Part shown: positions 15,954 through 25,417 of the stretch, in pieces
Position numbering within the stretch: position 1 is the first letter of the stretch
Layout: every line of letters begins with the position of its first letter
Assembly (NCBI GenBank): GCA_048526005.1
Contig: DBFVEH010000005.1
Span: forward strand, 2,727-66,726
DNA: 64,000 nucleotides
Source: Eubacteriales bacterium
GTDB lineage: Bacteria; Bacillota; Clostridia; Oscillospirales; CAG-272
Direction of reading: 5' to 3'
Translations under genes and position numbers: made by a program
The notes under the pieces: model-generated
What the model saw: only the letters and a program-made list of their open reading frames with translations
Told to the model about the DNA's origin: nothing
Databases searched by the model: none

Positions 15954-16033
15954 TAATGATAACATATCGGAGATTCCCTGTCAAGACATATACTGCTATA
16001 ATATAGGCAAAAAGAAAACGGAGGTGCGGAAAA

Positions 16034-16543
16034 TTGTCCAATAAATTGGTGGCTTTTTATTCAAGAGCGGACGAAAATTATGTGAACGGTCAGTTAAAGA
16101 TGCTTGAGACCGGCAATACCGAGATTGCGGCGGGTATCATTGCAGGGTTGACAGGAGCGGACCGATTCAAGATCGAACAGGCGAAGCCCTATGCAAAAGG
16201 TTATAATGAATGTATTGCCGAAGCACAGGCGGATCAGCGGCGTGACGCTCGTCCGGAGCTCAAAACGTATCCGGAAACGCTGCATGGCTATGACGTGATC
16301 TATCTCGGGTATCCGAACTATTGGAGCACGATGCCGATGGCGGTGTTTACCTTTTTGGAGCGTTTCGATTTTACCGGAAAGACGATTTATCCGTTCTGCA
16401 CGCATGAGGGCAGCGGCATGGGCAGCAGCGAGCGGGATATCAAACGGCTTTGTCCCGGTGCAAGGCTTGAAAGAGGTCTTGCAATCCGTGGCGGGAGCGT
16501 TGACAAAGCCGAAAAAGAAATCAAAAAATGGATTGATGAATGA
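16034..16543 (+). CDS. Flavodoxin-like protein (paralog 1)
   Basis: YDVIYLGYPNYWSTMPMAVFTFLERFDFTGKTIYPFCTHEGSGMG is a typical short flavodoxin-fold (Flavodoxin_4-like) signature. Confidence 0.8.
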   Translation: MSNKLVAFYSRADENYVNGQLKMLETGNTEIAAGIIAGLTGADRFKIEQAKPYAKGYNECIAEAQADQRRDARPELKTYPETLHGYDVIYLGYPNYWSTMPMAVFTFLERFDFTGKTIYPFCTHEGSGMGSSERDIKRLCPGARLERGLAIRGGSVDKAEKEIKKWIDE

Positions 16544-16557
16544 AACGGAGGACGATT

Positions 16558-17208
16558 ATGAGAAAGTTGCTTGCACTTATGATGAGTATTTTGCTGGTGT
16601 TCAGTGTTGCCGCATGCGGCAATACCCCGGCGCAGGACGGCGATTCCTCCGATATCGGTGACGGCAGTGCGGCGCAGACCTCCTCCGATACGGCCGATAG
16701 ACCGGAAGCGCCGGAGGAAAGCGGCAATAAGGTTTTGGTAGTTTACTATTCCTCCACAGGGCACACGCAGACCGTTGCCCGGTACATCGCCGCGGCGACC
16801 GGCGCGGATTTATTTGAGCTTGTGCCGTCGGAGCCCTATACGGGGGCAGATCTAAACTACAACGACAATAACAGCCGCGTCGTCTATGAGCATGAGCACC
16901 TCGAAGCCAGAGCGGTAGAGCTGGTTTCCGTGACGCCGGAGGATTGGGATAGCTACGATACCGTGTTTATCGGCTATCCCATTTGGTGGCAGATCGCCGC
17001 GTGGCCGGTGGACGGTTTCGTGAAGGCCAACGATTTCACTGGCAAGACCGTGATTCCCTTTGCTACCTCGGCAAGCTCCGGCCTTGGAGAAAGCGGAGAG
17101 CTTCTTGCGGAGCTGGCGGGAACGGGAGACTGGCAGGAGGGACGCCGCTTTTCCTCCAACACCGGGGAAGCGGCGGTCACGGAGTGGCTGCGTTCTCTTG
17201 GATTTTGA
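16558..17208 (+). CDS. Flavodoxin-like lipoprotein (paralog 2, predicted extracytoplasmic)
   Basis: MRKLLALMMSILLVFSVAACGN has a lipobox, then a Ser/Asp/Pro-rich linker, then VLVVYYSSTGHTQ...IGYPIWWQIAAWPV...IPFATSASSG. GGAGG lies 7 nt before the ATG at 16558. Confidence 0.75.
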   Translation: MRKLLALMMSILLVFSVAACGNTPAQDGDSSDIGDGSAAQTSSDTADRPEAPEESGNKVLVVYYSSTGHTQTVARYIAAATGADLFELVPSEPYTGADLNYNDNNSRVVYEHEHLEARAVELVSVTPEDWDSYDTVFIGYPIWWQIAAWPVDGFVKANDFTGKTVIPFATSASSGLGESGELLAELAGTGDWQEGRRFSSNTGEAAVTEWLRSLGF

Positions 17209-17224
17209 AGCGGGAGGCATACAG

Positions 17225-17731
17225 ATGAAAAGGGCATTGATTGTTTATTATTCATGGTCGAACGGCAACACGGAACGAGTTGCAAAGCTGCTGCAAGCAG
17301 CCACAGGCGCAGATCTGCTGCGCATCGATACCGCCGTGCCGTATTCCGGAAGCTATGACGAGGTGGTAAAGCAGGGCCGCGAGGAGGTCAAACGGCTTTA
17401 TGAGCCGAAGCTTGCGCCGATTTCCGTAAACGTTGCGGATTATGATGTCGTCGCCGTCGGCACACCCACATGGTGGTATACGATGGCGCCCGCAGTCCTC
17501 ACCTTTCTGCATAGCCGGAGCTGGAGCGGCAAAACGGTGATTCCGTTTATGACAAACGGCGGCTGGCCGGGCCGTGTGATTAAAGATATGAAGGAGGCTT
17601 GTTCCGGCGCGAAGTTTGCCTGCGAGATGCAGGTCAGGTTTGATTCCGATGGCGGCGACCGACTGGAAACGCCGGAATCGGATATCACGCTTTGGACGCA
17701 GCGCGTCAAAGCTCTTTTGGAGGAAGGATAA
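17225..17731 (+). CDS. Flavodoxin-like protein (paralog 3)
   Basis: MKRALIVYYSWSNGNTERVA...VGTPTWWYTMAPAV...IPFMTNGGWPG. GGGAGG RBS before the ATG at 17225. The longer 17060 ORF overlaps the previous gene. Confidence 0.8.
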   Translation: MKRALIVYYSWSNGNTERVAKLLQAATGADLLRIDTAVPYSGSYDEVVKQGREEVKRLYEPKLAPISVNVADYDVVAVGTPTWWYTMAPAVLTFLHSRSWSGKTVIPFMTNGGWPGRVIKDMKEACSGAKFACEMQVRFDSDGGDRLETPESDITLWTQRVKALLEEG

Positions 17732-17734
17732 CAG

Positions 17735-18169
17735 ATGAAAATTTTGGATAGAACGCAATTTGAAAAAGCGAATGTTTTCGGCACAGGTGTGGAAAATACC
17801 GCCTACGCGCAGTATTTCAGCGGGGCGTCCTTTCTGAATCCGCTGACCGATCCGGCAAGGACCGTGTTTCTCGCCAATGTGACTTTTGAGCCGGGCTGCC
17901 GCAACAGCTGGCATATCCATCATGCGTCGTCGGGCGGCGGACAGCTGCTCGTCTGTACTGCCGGCGAGGGATGGTATCAGGAGGAGGGAAAGCCTGCCGT
18001 CGCGCTGACTTCCGGTACGGTCATCACCATTCCGGCGAATGTGAAGCACTGGCACGGGGCAAAAGCAGACAGCTGGTTTTCCCATATCGCCGTAGAGGTG
18101 CCGGGCACGGACTGCGGCACCGAATGGTGCGAGCCGGTTTCGGAAGAAGAATACAATAAATTGAAGTGA
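17735..18169 (+). CDS. Cupin-domain protein
   Basis: VTFEPGCRNSWHIHH...GQLLVCTAGEGWYQEEG...IPANVKHWHGA shows the two cupin His-containing motifs. Confidence 0.8.
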   Translation: MKILDRTQFEKANVFGTGVENTAYAQYFSGASFLNPLTDPARTVFLANVTFEPGCRNSWHIHHASSGGGQLLVCTAGEGWYQEEGKPAVALTSGTVITIPANVKHWHGAKADSWFSHIAVEVPGTDCGTEWCEPVSEEEYNKLK

Positions 18170-18178
18170 GGTAGAAGC

Positions 18179-18508
18179 ATGGCAAAAGTGACGGCAGGAA
18201 GAGACGAGCTCGGCGCGTTTGCACCGGAGTTTGCGGAGCTGAACGACGACGTGCTGTTCGGCGAGGTCTGGGCAAGGGAGGATAAGCTGTCCGCACGGGA
18301 CCGCAGCATCGTCACCGTGACGGCATTGATGGCAAGCGGGATATTGGACAGCTCCTTAAAATACCATTTGCAGAATGCAAAAAATCATGGCGTGACGAAA
18401 GAGGAGATCGCCGAAATCCTGACCCATGCCGCATTTTATGCGGGATGGCCTAAGGCGTGGGCGGCATTTCGGATGGCCAAGGAGATTTGGACGGAAAGCG
18501 AACAATAA
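18179..18508 (+). CDS. Carboxymuconolactone decarboxylase (CMD/AhpD-like) family protein
   Basis: LSARDRSIVTVTALMASG...HLQNAKNHGVTKEEIAEILTHAAFYAGWPKAW is typical of the CMD family. Confidence 0.8.
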   Translation: MAKVTAGRDELGAFAPEFAELNDDVLFGEVWAREDKLSARDRSIVTVTALMASGILDSSLKYHLQNAKNHGVTKEEIAEILTHAAFYAGWPKAWAAFRMAKEIWTESEQ

Positions 18509-18784
18509 AAAACGCTCGTGCCTATGGGTTGGAATCGCCGAACTGGCGTGGAAGCTGTCCGTTGTATGGGGTATGGCATGGAGGCCGTCGCGCGTGGTGG
18601 AGCATTGAAAAAATATCTCCGCAGTACGCTGCCGGAGTGTCCGGCGCGCAGATAAGACGGAGGATACGGCGCTGCCGACGGGCGGCAAGAGAATATGGAT
18701 TACATGCGGATTTTTGAGCGGCGCTGCGGCAAACGGCCGTTGCGGTTCACAAAAGCCGCAGCAAGAAAGAACGGAGGAAAGAAT

Positions 18785-19672
18785 ATGGAATATGTAACCT
18801 TATCAAACGGCGTAAAAATGCCGATACTCGGCTACGGCGTTTATCAGATCACGAAGGACGAATGTGAGCGCTGCGTCATGGACGCGCTGGAGGTCGGCTA
18901 TCGGCATATCGACACGGCGCAGGCCTATTTCAATGAAGAAGAAGTCGGTTCCGCAATTCGGAAGTCCGGGGTGCCTCGGGAGGAAGTTTTCTTAACCACC
19001 AAGGTTTGGCTGGAGCATTACGGCGAGGAGAACGCCTATGCTTCCGTGCTGGAATCCATGAGAAAGCTCCAAACGGATTACATCGATCTTGTCCTGCTGC
19101 ATCAGCCGTTCGGCGATGCCTATGGCGCATGGCGGGCGTTGGAAAAGCTCTATGAGGCGGGCAGAATACGCGCCGTCGGCATCTCCAATTTCTACGCCGA
19201 CCGCATGGTGGAATTTGCAAACTTCAACCGCATACGCCCGATGGTCAATCAAGTGGAAACGCATCCTTTCAATCAGCAGACGGAGGCGATGGAATGGATG
19301 AAAAAGTATGATATTCAGATCGAGGCGTGGGCGCCTTTCGGAGAGGGACGCGGCGGTCTGTTTGAAAATCCGGTGCTCACCGAGATTGGTGCGCGGTATG
19401 GAAAAACCGCGGCGCAGGTCATGCTGCGCTGGCATATCCAGCGGGGCGTCGTCGTCATTCCGAAATCCACGCATATCGAGCGTATGGAGGAAAATTTCAA
19501 TGTGTTCAATTTTGCTTTGTCGGCGGAGGATATGAACGCCATTTCCGCGCTGGACAAAAAGACCAGCTCGTTTTTCTCCCATACCGATCCCGCCATGGTG
19601 GAGTGGTTTGTACAGATGGTAGAAAATCGCAAGCACCATCACGACAGCAGTAAAGAAAAGAAAAACTGGTAA
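18785..19672 (+). CDS. Aldo/keto reductase
   Basis: MPILGYGVYQ...GYRHIDTAQAYFNEEEVG...FLTTKVW...DLVLLHQP are canonical AKR motifs. RBS ACGGAGGAAAG before the ATG at 18785. Confidence 0.9.
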   Translation: MEYVTLSNGVKMPILGYGVYQITKDECERCVMDALEVGYRHIDTAQAYFNEEEVGSAIRKSGVPREEVFLTTKVWLEHYGEENAYASVLESMRKLQTDYIDLVLLHQPFGDAYGAWRALEKLYEAGRIRAVGISNFYADRMVEFANFNRIRPMVNQVETHPFNQQTEAMEWMKKYDIQIEAWAPFGEGRGGLFENPVLTEIGARYGKTAAQVMLRWHIQRGVVVIPKSTHIERMEENFNVFNFALSAEDMNAISALDKKTSSFFSHTDPAMVEWFVQMVENRKHHHDSSKEKKNW

Positions 19673-19936
19673 CAATGCGGAAAAGCAGGTCGAAGCCTGA
19701 TGGCGCTTTGCTTTTGACCGCTGCTTGCCGGCGAAGCGCGAAATCCGTTTCGTATTAAACGGTTCAGATAATCTGACAGGGAAATAGATTTTTTTCCTAA
19801 AAGAGAAATACGGCGTGGTTCCTTTTTGGGGCTGCGTCGTATTCTTTCTAAAAATTCACGATCTGCCGCTTTCTCCTCTTGATAAAATCATAAAAAGCGT
19901 TATAATAAAGGAAAGATACGGAAAGGGGTTCCTGAT

Positions 19937-20980
19937 ATGATTTGGGCTTGGCTGCTCGGTATGCTTGCCGTGATTGCCATTTTGCTTACGGCAATCGCTT
20001 TTGTATGTCTCCGTATGGTGTTCGGCGCGAGATGCGACGCAGACCCGTCGCTCCGGTATTTTACGCATGAGGATTTCGACGGTATGCGGGCACAGCCCGT
20101 TTTCTTTCCCTCCGACAAAGGGCAGCTTCTGCGCGGCGCAGTCTATACCTGCGGGAGGAGCGAGGCGCCGGCGGGACTTGTTGTATTTGCGCACGGCATG
20201 GGCGGCGGGCATCTCAGCTATATGACGGAAATCCATACCTTCGCCGCCGCGGGCTTTGCGGTGCTCGCCTATGACAATACGGGCACGTGTGCATCAGACG
20301 GAAAGAAGCTGGTCAGTTTTTATCAAGCGGTGCGAGACTTACGCTGCGCGCTTGCGTTTGTCCGTGAGCGGGAAAATTTGTCGCGCTTGCCGGTCGTTTT
20401 GGCGGGACATTCGTGGGGAGGCTATGCCGTCTGCCAGTCTCTCGCGTATGCGGGCGGAACGATCTCGGGCGTCGTGTCCTTATCCGCGCCGGAGTCCGTT
20501 TCCCGCACGATATGCGACATGATGAGCGGCGCCCTCGGGATGAAAATGGGCTGGATGCGTCCGTTTTTCTCTGCGGCGCTCCTTTTGTCGGACGGCTTGG
20601 GCGCCGTGCGCCGTACCTCCTCCGTGCTGAAAAAAAGTACGGTCCCGGTGCTGCTTCTGCATGGCGACGCGGACAAAAGTGTACTCTATGCGAATTCACC
20701 GCTTGCGCGGCAAGCGGTGCGGGAAAAAGAAAATATCACCGGCGTCGTCTGCGAGGGACGCGGGCATAACGTATATCAGACGGCGGAATCGGAGCGGTAT
20801 TTGAATGAGCGGTTCGCGGAAATCTCCGCCGCAAAGAAAAAATATCGGGGCAAAATCCCTGAGCAGGAGAAAAAACGGCTTTACGACATCGATTATGCCT
20901 TGATTACGGAGGAGGACGCGGACATCATGAAAACGGTCGTCGATTTCATGAAAGCCTGTGTCGATTCTGCTCCGGTATGA
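19937..20980 (+). CDS. Membrane-anchored alpha/beta hydrolase
   Basis: N-terminal TM helix, nucleophile elbow GHSWGG, and a later LLLHGDADKSV and GRGHN region. Confidence 0.75.
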   Translation: MIWAWLLGMLAVIAILLTAIAFVCLRMVFGARCDADPSLRYFTHEDFDGMRAQPVFFPSDKGQLLRGAVYTCGRSEAPAGLVVFAHGMGGGHLSYMTEIHTFAAAGFAVLAYDNTGTCASDGKKLVSFYQAVRDLRCALAFVRERENLSRLPVVLAGHSWGGYAVCQSLAYAGGTISGVVSLSAPESVSRTICDMMSGALGMKMGWMRPFFSAALLLSDGLGAVRRTSSVLKKSTVPVLLLHGDADKSVLYANSPLARQAVREKENITGVVCEGRGHNVYQTAESERYLNERFAEISAAKKKYRGKIPEQEKKRLYDIDYALITEEDADIMKTVVDFMKACVDSAPV

Positions 20981-21048
20981 CCGAAAAACGAGTTGTTGAA
21001 TATAAAAAAGCGCATCTCATTTTGAGATGCGCTTTTTGCCGATGGGAT

Positions 21049-23544
21049 TTATCGTTCCGTGAGGTCTACCTCTGTGACCTCCTTGGTCGTCAGGTTGATA
21101 CGGACGGTTTTGATTTCATAGCCGGAAAGCTCAAATTCACGGCTGAATGCAATCGAGGGGAGCGCCAGCGTGGTCTTTCTGCTGTCCGCCGTCGGATTGA
21201 AGAGCCGGATGACGGAATCCTCTCCGATTTCCGCCTTCTTGAATACGGAAAGCGTGATCACATCGTCGGACAGTACGGCGAATGGTTGAATGGTGTTTTC
21301 CTTCTCGGGCGCGCAGCCGATCGGGAAGAAGGAGAGCGCCATGGGTTTTTCCGCGATGGCAGCGGCTTCTCTTTCGATGTGTGCGAGCCGCTCGGAGAGG
21401 GCGCCTGCCGTGAAATGAAACTCATAATCGTGTTCGCCCTGGTCGATGAACGGGGAGAAGCGGTCCTGTTCCATGATATACGGCTTGCGCACGGAGAAAT
21501 CGCTCTTTCCGGCGGCATAGCCGGGAGAACGCAGCATCGTGATGCGCAGCTCGCCGTCCTTGCAGTCGGAGCCGTAGGTTCCGTCGTTGACGACGGTGAG
21601 CGCGTTTTTGCCGTCGGAGATGAGATTCCACTTTTGGCTGACCATTTCGTCGCCGTTTGTGAGCAGCTTTTCGCTTCCGTAGGCGGTCTGGCCGATGAAA
21701 AGCTTGTCGAACGCAGTGGGAACGGAAAGCTTTAACATGGTCATTTTCTCATTCCAGTATACCTTGTCGCAGATTTTGAGGTCTGTTCCGGTTTTCGGCA
21801 GATAGTAGCGGCGGCAGAGGAAGGAATCGGCATAGGAGAATACCGCCTCCACAATGGTACGCACGGGACCGTCCTCGATGATGCGCACGGAAGGAAGCAC
21901 ATCGCCGCAGGTGACGCCGGAGAATTTGGTTCCCTCTTCGGGGCTCATCAGCGTGAACTCGCCCTTGATTTCACGGAAGGCCTTTTCCTTATGTGCCCAC
22001 GAGTTTTCGTCGTCGCACATGGCGAGCGGACGGAAAGCGTTTTCTCCCACCGCAGAAATGCCGTTTATAAGGCACCGGTCGACAAGCCCCGTGCTTCTGT
22101 TGATTCTGATTTCAAGGCTGTCCGTTTTGAAGTCGATATACGCACCGTCGGGCAAAGCATTCGGCTCAGGCGTCGGAATCAGCTCGATGCGCACGTCGAA
22201 GCGCTTCATCTGACCGGGCGCGAGCTTGGCCGTAAAGACAGAGCGCTTGCGCCAGTCCACATTAAAATTAGAAAACTCATGCTCGCACTGAGACGGAATG
22301 ATCTTGCCGTTTTCGTAGACGACAGGATTTGCGAACAGCGCCGGATTCTTGTTTTGATCGGGAAGCTGGTATTCCGCCTCGACGGTTTCCTCTATCTCAT
22401 AAGGGTGCGGATTGTAAACAAAGACAGGGATGGTCCCGTCCTCCGCCTTTCTTTTATCGGAGCACAGCGCGAGGAATGCGCGGATTTTGATGTTTTTCAG
22501 TTCTGTCAGTCCATGTCCCGCAAGCGCGATGGAATATTCCTCGACCGGCTGAATGGAGGAGCCGGGCAGAATGTCGTGGAATTCGAGCATCATAAGGTCC
22601 TTAGCTGCCGCCTTGATTTTGTCTGCGGGATAGTCCATGACGCCCGCCATCATGGCGTGCGCTGCCATTTTTTCCGTCATATAGAGCTCGTTCTCAAGCT
22701 GACGATGCAGCTTCTTGATGCGCATCTGGGTGGTATAGCAGCCGGTATAGCGCGGATTCATAAGGCCGTCGTAATCGGGCAGAGCTTCCGTTTTTTGCAG
22801 TTCCTCAAAATAGGCCTCGGGCGTGGAATGGATCAGCTTGAATTCCTTTTCCGCTTTGCCGAGCTCCTTGATTTTTTCATAGTCGATCCGGGACGGACCG
22901 CCGCCGTGATCGCCGATGCCCCAAAGCACGAGGCCGACGGATTTGCCGCGGTTTTTCTCCATCCAGCCTTTGATTTTTTCATCCGCCTCGCCCCTGTGGG
23001 ATTCATAGGAGTTGTAGGCTCTGTGGCAGGCGATTTTGCTTCCGTCAAACCCCACCCAGTTGAAGTCCTCGGCGGGGAGGTCCAGCATATCCGGCTCCGG
23101 ACGGCAGAAGATATAGGAATCGTATCCGGCGTGCTTCATGATGTCGACAAGGCCGCGCGTATGGCCGAATGAGTCGAAGTTGATGACGGTTTTCGGTTCG
23201 ACGCCGAATTTTTCGAGAAAATAATATTTGCCGGCAAGGATCTGGCGCACAAAGCTCTCGCCTGCGGGCAGATTGCAGTCCGGCTGGAGATACCAGCCGC
23301 CCATGATGTGCCACCGTCCCTTTTTGACGAGCTTTTGAATGCGCCCGAAAAGCGCGGGATCATTTTCCTCCACCCATTCGTAAAGCATCGCTTCGTTGTG
23401 GCAGAAAATGAAACCCTTGTAATCCTCGCAGAAATCCGCCGCGACGCGGAAAGTGGAAAGCGTCTCCGCCACACCCTCCTCGATCTCCCAAAGCCAGACG
23501 GGGTCGATATGTGCGTTGCAGATCAGATGAAGATTTTTTTTCAT
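21049..23544 (-). CDS. GH38 alpha-mannosidase
   Basis: MKKNLHLICNAHIDPVWLW, NFDSFGH, WGIGDHGGGP. Approx 830 aa. Start moved to the ATG at 23544, which has AAAGGA upstream. Confidence 0.9.
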   Translation of the reverse strand: MKKNLHLICNAHIDPVWLWEIEEGVAETLSTFRVAADFCEDYKGFIFCHNEAMLYEWVEENDPALFGRIQKLVKKGRWHIMGGWYLQPDCNLPAGESFVRQILAGKYYFLEKFGVEPKTVINFDSFGHTRGLVDIMKHAGYDSYIFCRPEPDMLDLPAEDFNWVGFDGSKIACHRAYNSYESHRGEADEKIKGWMEKNRGKSVGLVLWGIGDHGGGPSRIDYEKIKELGKAEKEFKLIHSTPEAYFEELQKTEALPDYDGLMNPRYTGCYTTQMRIKKLHRQLENELYMTEKMAAHAMMAGVMDYPADKIKAAAKDLMMLEFHDILPGSSIQPVEEYSIALAGHGLTELKNIKIRAFLALCSDKRKAEDGTIPVFVYNPHPYEIEETVEAEYQLPDQNKNPALFANPVVYENGKIIPSQCEHEFSNFNVDWRKRSVFTAKLAPGQMKRFDVRIELIPTPEPNALPDGAYIDFKTDSLEIRINRSTGLVDRCLINGISAVGENAFRPLAMCDDENSWAHKEKAFREIKGEFTLMSPEEGTKFSGVTCGDVLPSVRIIEDGPVRTIVEAVFSYADSFLCRRYYLPKTGTDLKICDKVYWNEKMTMLKLSVPTAFDKLFIGQTAYGSEKLLTNGDEMVSQKWNLISDGKNALTVVNDGTYGSDCKDGELRITMLRSPGYAAGKSDFSVRKPYIMEQDRFSPFIDQGEHDYEFHFTAGALSERLAHIEREAAAIAEKPMALSFFPIGCAPEKENTIQPFAVLSDDVITLSVFKKAEIGEDSVIRLFNPTADSRKTTLALPSIAFSREFELSGYEIKTVRINLTTKEVTEVDLTER

Positions 23545-23729
23545 ATCATGAAATCCTTTCTTTTGCAGTCGTTTACACGGAAATTCTATCATAAAAAACG
23601 GAGATGCACAAGATATTCATGAAAATTTTGTAACGATTTTCACAAATCTCTATACAGCCGCCGGATTTTGTGATAAACTATATAAAGTTGAATATCGCTT
23701 TTGACAGGAAGGGAAGGTTTTGGAGAGAG

Positions 23730-24299
23730 ATGCCTTTTATGCTCAGGGATAAAACGGATATCAAGATTTTTATCCTGTATCTTCTCATGCATATAGAACG
23801 TCCGGTGGATTTTGCAACCTTGCACGACATCGTGGTTCAGGACGATTTTGTCGGACAATTCGATTTCATGGACTGTTTTTATGAGCTTTGCGAGACCGAA
23901 GCGATCGCGAAATTTGAAAAGGACGGCAAGGAATTTTATACGATTACCGCGAAGGGCAGATCCGCGACGGAAACGCTGCAAAGCGACCTTCTGCGTCCGA
24001 TTCGCGAGCGGGCGCTGCGCTCCGCTCTGCGGCTTCTGTCTTTCCGCGATACCGGCGCCAAGCGGCATAGCGAGGTCGTTCCTTTGGAAAACGGCAAATT
24101 CCGGCTCGACTGCGAATGCAGCGACAGCGACGGCGTGTTCATGAAAACCTCCGTCGCGGTGGATACAAAACGCCAGGCAGAGCTTATGAAATACAATTTT
24201 GACGACAGAGCGGAGCTTGTCTACCGCGGGATTTTGAGCCTCCTTTCGGGGGATATGAATTACCTTGCGGATTCATGGGCATCCGATGGAGAAGAATGA
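23730..24299 (+). CDS. Hypothetical protein, DUF4364-like (small putative wHTH protein of Clostridia)
   Basis: DKTDIKIFILYLLMHIERPVDFATLHDIVV resembles the N-terminus of that family as I remember it. The family call is tentative. Confidence 0.45.
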   Translation: MPFMLRDKTDIKIFILYLLMHIERPVDFATLHDIVVQDDFVGQFDFMDCFYELCETEAIAKFEKDGKEFYTITAKGRSATETLQSDLLRPIRERALRSALRLLSFRDTGAKRHSEVVPLENGKFRLDCECSDSDGVFMKTSVAVDTKRQAELMKYNFDDRAELVYRGILSLLSGDMNYLADSWASDGEE

Positions 24300-24330
24300 T
24301 TTCAGGGAAAGAGAATGGGGAAAGTGAAAA

Positions 24331-25326
24331 TTGAGAGAATTTGACGAGCATGGCGAGCCGATAAAGCCGCCGAAAAAAAAGAAGTTCAACTTCTTTATGA
24401 ATTATGACAAGGACGGAAAGGGCGTCGAAAAGGAAGATATCATCACGGATTATAATTTCGTAAACTTTTTCAAGCTGTATTTCCGGAAATTCACAAGACT
24501 TGTTTGGGTAAACGCGCTTTATATTATTGGGAATTTTCCGGTCTTTTTTCTGCTTCTTGCGCTCAGCGGATATTTCAGCCTTGCGGGCACCTCGCCGGCA
24601 AGCGAAATGTTTCCGGTGGTCAACGGGATCCGTGTCGCCGCGGGCAGCTTTTCTCCGTCGGTGCCGGCGCTCTTCGGCATACACGGCGGAATGGCCACGG
24701 TCTATGCGCCGACGGCTGTGACCTATGTTCTTTATGGCCTTGCCGCGCTTTTTGCCGTGACTTTCGGACCGGTGAACGCCGCCTGCACCTATATCGTCAA
24801 GAACCTTGTCAAGGGGGAGCCGGTTTTTCTGTGGCAGGATTTCAAATCGACGATCAAAACGAGCTGGAAGCAGTCTCTGCCGCTGGGGATCCTCGATCTT
24901 CTGATGATCGGGATGAGCAGCTGGTCGCTTTATAACTATTATTTCAATTATTCGCGGTATTTTATCCTATTTTACTGTATGCTGCTTGTGATCATGCTGT
25001 ATTCGTTCATGCGCTTTTATATGTATACGATCATGGTGACGTTCGATCTCAGCCTGCCGAAAATCATCAAAAACGCGGCGATCTTCTCGCTTCTCGGCTT
25101 TGGACGGAATTTTGTCATGTTCCTTGGAATCGTCATGCTGGCGCTTGTGACGTTCAGCCTTGCTACGCTTTATTTCCCGCTCGGCGTGATCATCGTGTTC
25201 ATGATCCTGTTCTCGACCTGTGCGTATATGGGTATGTACGCAGCATATCCGAAAATCAAAAAGTTCATGATCGATCCGTATTATCCCGAAAACGGAAATG
25301 AGGAGCTCGAATCGGAATCCAACTGA
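24331..25326 (+). CDS. Multi-pass membrane protein (DUF624/YesL-like)
   Basis: At least six hydrophobic segments. The N-terminal FFKLYFRKFTRLVWVNALYIIGNFPVFFLLLAL pattern is present. TTG start. Confidence 0.5.
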   Translation: MREFDEHGEPIKPPKKKKFNFFMNYDKDGKGVEKEDIITDYNFVNFFKLYFRKFTRLVWVNALYIIGNFPVFFLLLALSGYFSLAGTSPASEMFPVVNGIRVAAGSFSPSVPALFGIHGGMATVYAPTAVTYVLYGLAALFAVTFGPVNAACTYIVKNLVKGEPVFLWQDFKSTIKTSWKQSLPLGILDLLMIGMSSWSLYNYYFNYSRYFILFYCMLLVIMLYSFMRFYMYTIMVTFDLSLPKIIKNAAIFSLLGFGRNFVMFLGIVMLALVTFSLATLYFPLGVIIVFMILFSTCAYMGMYAAYPKIKKFMIDPYYPENGNEELESESN

Positions 25327-25417
25327 ATAGAACGGCCGCCTTTCGTAAAAACTATATGTTCGAGAGGCGGCTTTGCTTTGGAACGGAAAAGGCCGCCGGA
25401 TGAAAGGTGGTTTTTCT

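Noticed and set aside
17060-17731. 223-aa version of the third flavodoxin gene.
   Set aside because: The first 55 codons overlap the preceding gene in another frame and encode Arg/Pro-rich sequence. A GGGAGG RBS and the flavodoxin N-terminus MKRALIVYYS start at 17225.
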